64,000 nucleotides of DNA, from NCBI GenBank assembly GCA_000402775.1, contig AQSC01000060.1, positions 31,780 through 95,779 of the forward strand, given 5' to 3'. Below are positions 62,837-64,000 of the stretch, in pieces. This DNA comes from Euryarchaeota archaeon SCGC AAA252-I15. GTDB taxonomy: Archaea; Altiarchaeota; Altiarchaeia; IMC4; SCGC-AAA252-I15. The notes beneath the pieces are model-generated. The model did no database searches. It was not told where the DNA came from and saw only the letters and a list, made by a program, of their open reading frames with translations. The first letter of the stretch is position 1; the number at the start of each line of letters is the position of its first letter. Made by a program: the position numbers and the translations under genes.

Positions 62837-63547
62837 CTATTCCTGTTCTTTAAGCGTTTGATACCGCTCTTGGATTCGCACTGGACAGGTGTCGTCCATA
62901 ACACGAGCCACTGCATCCACCCTCTTCCAGTACTCTTGTGCTATCCCGGGTATTGGTACTTGACTCAAGGTTTGTGTTATCTGCCATTCGTTCACTTGTC
63001 TTGCATAATCGACGAAATATAGTAATTTCTCTTTTGACAATGGAATCGAAAGATGAGGGCCATCACCCTCTTGTTGCGCGTCGAATTGGGATGCAATATC
63101 CTTGAGATGGGGGACCCAATCTTGCGGGGGCGGCGAAATAGGAATTCCCATGTGTGCTTGAATCGTATCTAGCCCAGCCGTTGCCTCAGTACCTTCCGCA
63201 AACTTCCTGAAAAAGGCGGCATACTCCGCAGAGGGTATAGGTTCTAAGGGGTTGAAATCGGTTTCACTGCCCCCCGGACGATGCGCGACCATAATCTTGT
63301 TCGTCCTAGTGGCCTGATCTTGAAGCCCGGCGATCTTCGAGTCTACGTCATCCGGAAGCCGAAGACTTTTTCGGGCAAGACCACAACCCCGCCGTCGAAG
63401 CCCTTCTTCAAATAAAAAGTAAGACCACTTGTCCCCGTCGAAACCCTCAATGTCGCCTACACCAAGCTTGTCGACTTCAGCATCTAAAAAGATGTCCAAG
63501 GCAGTAATGAACGAGCCGTAAGGTTGAAAATGAGATTCCTTCTCCAT
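62837..63547 (-). CDS. Hypothetical protein (236 aa)
   Basis: Intact ORF with no recognisable motifs. Confidence 0.5.
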   Translation of the reverse strand: MEKESHFQPYGSFITALDIFLDAEVDKLGVGDIEGFDGDKWSYFLFEEGLRRRGCGLARKSLRLPDDVDSKIAGLQDQATRTNKIMVAHRPGGSETDFNPLEPIPSAEYAAFFRKFAEGTEATAGLDTIQAHMGIPISPPPQDWVPHLKDIASQFDAQQEGDGPHLSIPLSKEKLLYFVDYARQVNEWQITQTLSQVPIPGIAQEYWKRVDAVARVMDDTCPVRIQERYQTLKEQE

Positions 63548-63577
63548 AGAATAATTTAGAATAGTAAAAGTAATAAA

Positions 63578-63937
63578 TCAGGGTTGTGTGGGGGTGAGAA
63601 GCCCAAGGTCATAGAGTATTTCCGCGTCGTATGCGCTTTTATCCTTTAAGGCTTCAACCACATGCGCCCCCCAGGTTCCGCCTTCCGCTTCCTCACCAAG
63701 GCAGAAAGTGCAGAATGTATCGAGTCCAGCCCGCTTAGCCGACCAGAGAGTACGGCCCACCTGCCCCCAACTTCCGGAAGCGACCTGCTCGTCGAGTGAA
63801 CTTCGAACCTCACCTTCCCGCCCGGCAAGATACTTGCCCACATCCAATCCGGCCTGAGTAAGCTGGGCGAGCTCGAAAAGATCTAGGTACCCTAGTTTAT
63901 ACGGGGGCTCTGGAGGCCTCTTTCCATCCCGTATCAT
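63578..63937 (-). CDS. Hypothetical protein (119 aa)
   Basis: Intact ORF with no recognisable motifs. Confidence 0.45.
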   Translation of the reverse strand: MIRDGKRPPEPPYKLGYLDLFELAQLTQAGLDVGKYLAGREGEVRSSLDEQVASGSWGQVGRTLWSAKRAGLDTFCTFCLGEEAEGGTWGAHVVEALKDKSAYDAEILYDLGLLTPTQP

Positions 63938-64000
63938 TTCCAGATTATCCCTTGTTTGTGCTCCTTCTTGATCATGGGCTGCTAACTCTGCAGGGGGGGT

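Noticed and set aside
1-64000. Search for CRISPR arrays, tRNA/rRNA genes, transposases, integrases and terminal inverted repeats
   Set aside because: No regularly spaced direct repeats were seen. There are no GTTCGAATC-type T-loops in the few non-coding gaps, no rRNA-like stretches, and no DDE or tyrosine-recombinase motifs in any ORF. This was a search by eye only, so short or degenerate elements could have been missed.

Overview
The window looks like a very gene-dense archaeal chromosomal segment. I call about 70 protein-coding genes. I recognised no rRNA, tRNA, CRISPR array, transposase or integrase.

The archaeal origin is inferred from these markers:
- a Pcc1 and prefoldin-beta gene pair
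- a GHMP-type shikimate kinase
- MptE (DUF115)
- type-2 IDI next to GGPP synthase
- a Sec11-type signal peptidase
- class III (prepilin-like) signal peptides

Many adjacent genes share 4-nt ATGA or GTGA stop/start overlaps, and several starts in the ORF track needed trimming.

Housekeeping content:
- Transport: corA, a half-size Na/Ca-exchanger-like gene, a P-type Ca-ATPase and a CPA2 antiporter.
- Nucleotide and amino-acid metabolism: argD-like, dcd/dut, guaA subunit B, trpE/pabB-like and tyrA.
- Cofactor and isoprenoid metabolism: ribA, frameshifted panE, pdxS and pdxT, idi2 and GGPPS.
- RNA and protein modification: a Pat-like ACS-GNAT fusion, an HDAC-family deacetylase, rtcA, ksgA and a beta-CASP RNase.
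- Other: acylphosphatase and an Isf-like flavoprotein.

Five regions are not explained by housekeeping functions:
1. nt 3-6032: a head-to-tail array of five translationally coupled, divergent paralogs of an uncharacterised HEAT-like helical protein of about 420-440 aa.
2. nt 53591-60802: a surface locus. Three 4-nt-coupled genes all start with class III signal-peptide-like N-termini. One is a 1041-aa vWA protein carrying a 26-cysteine insertion. A secreted beta-propeller plus helical-repeat protein with a C-terminal anchor is transcribed divergently.
3. nt 30519-33094: two paralogs of an unknown ~300-aa family, plus a decayed 3' fragment of a third copy.
4. nt 41112-48839: a glycan assembly and export locus with two GT-C-like membrane proteins, three glycosyltransferases and an ABC-2 exporter. 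Part of it is an AT-rich compositional island.
5. nt 14328-19716: a tightly coupled ribA, Pat-like, HDAC and rtcA unit.

All functional calls rest on motif recognition by eye. No database search was possible.
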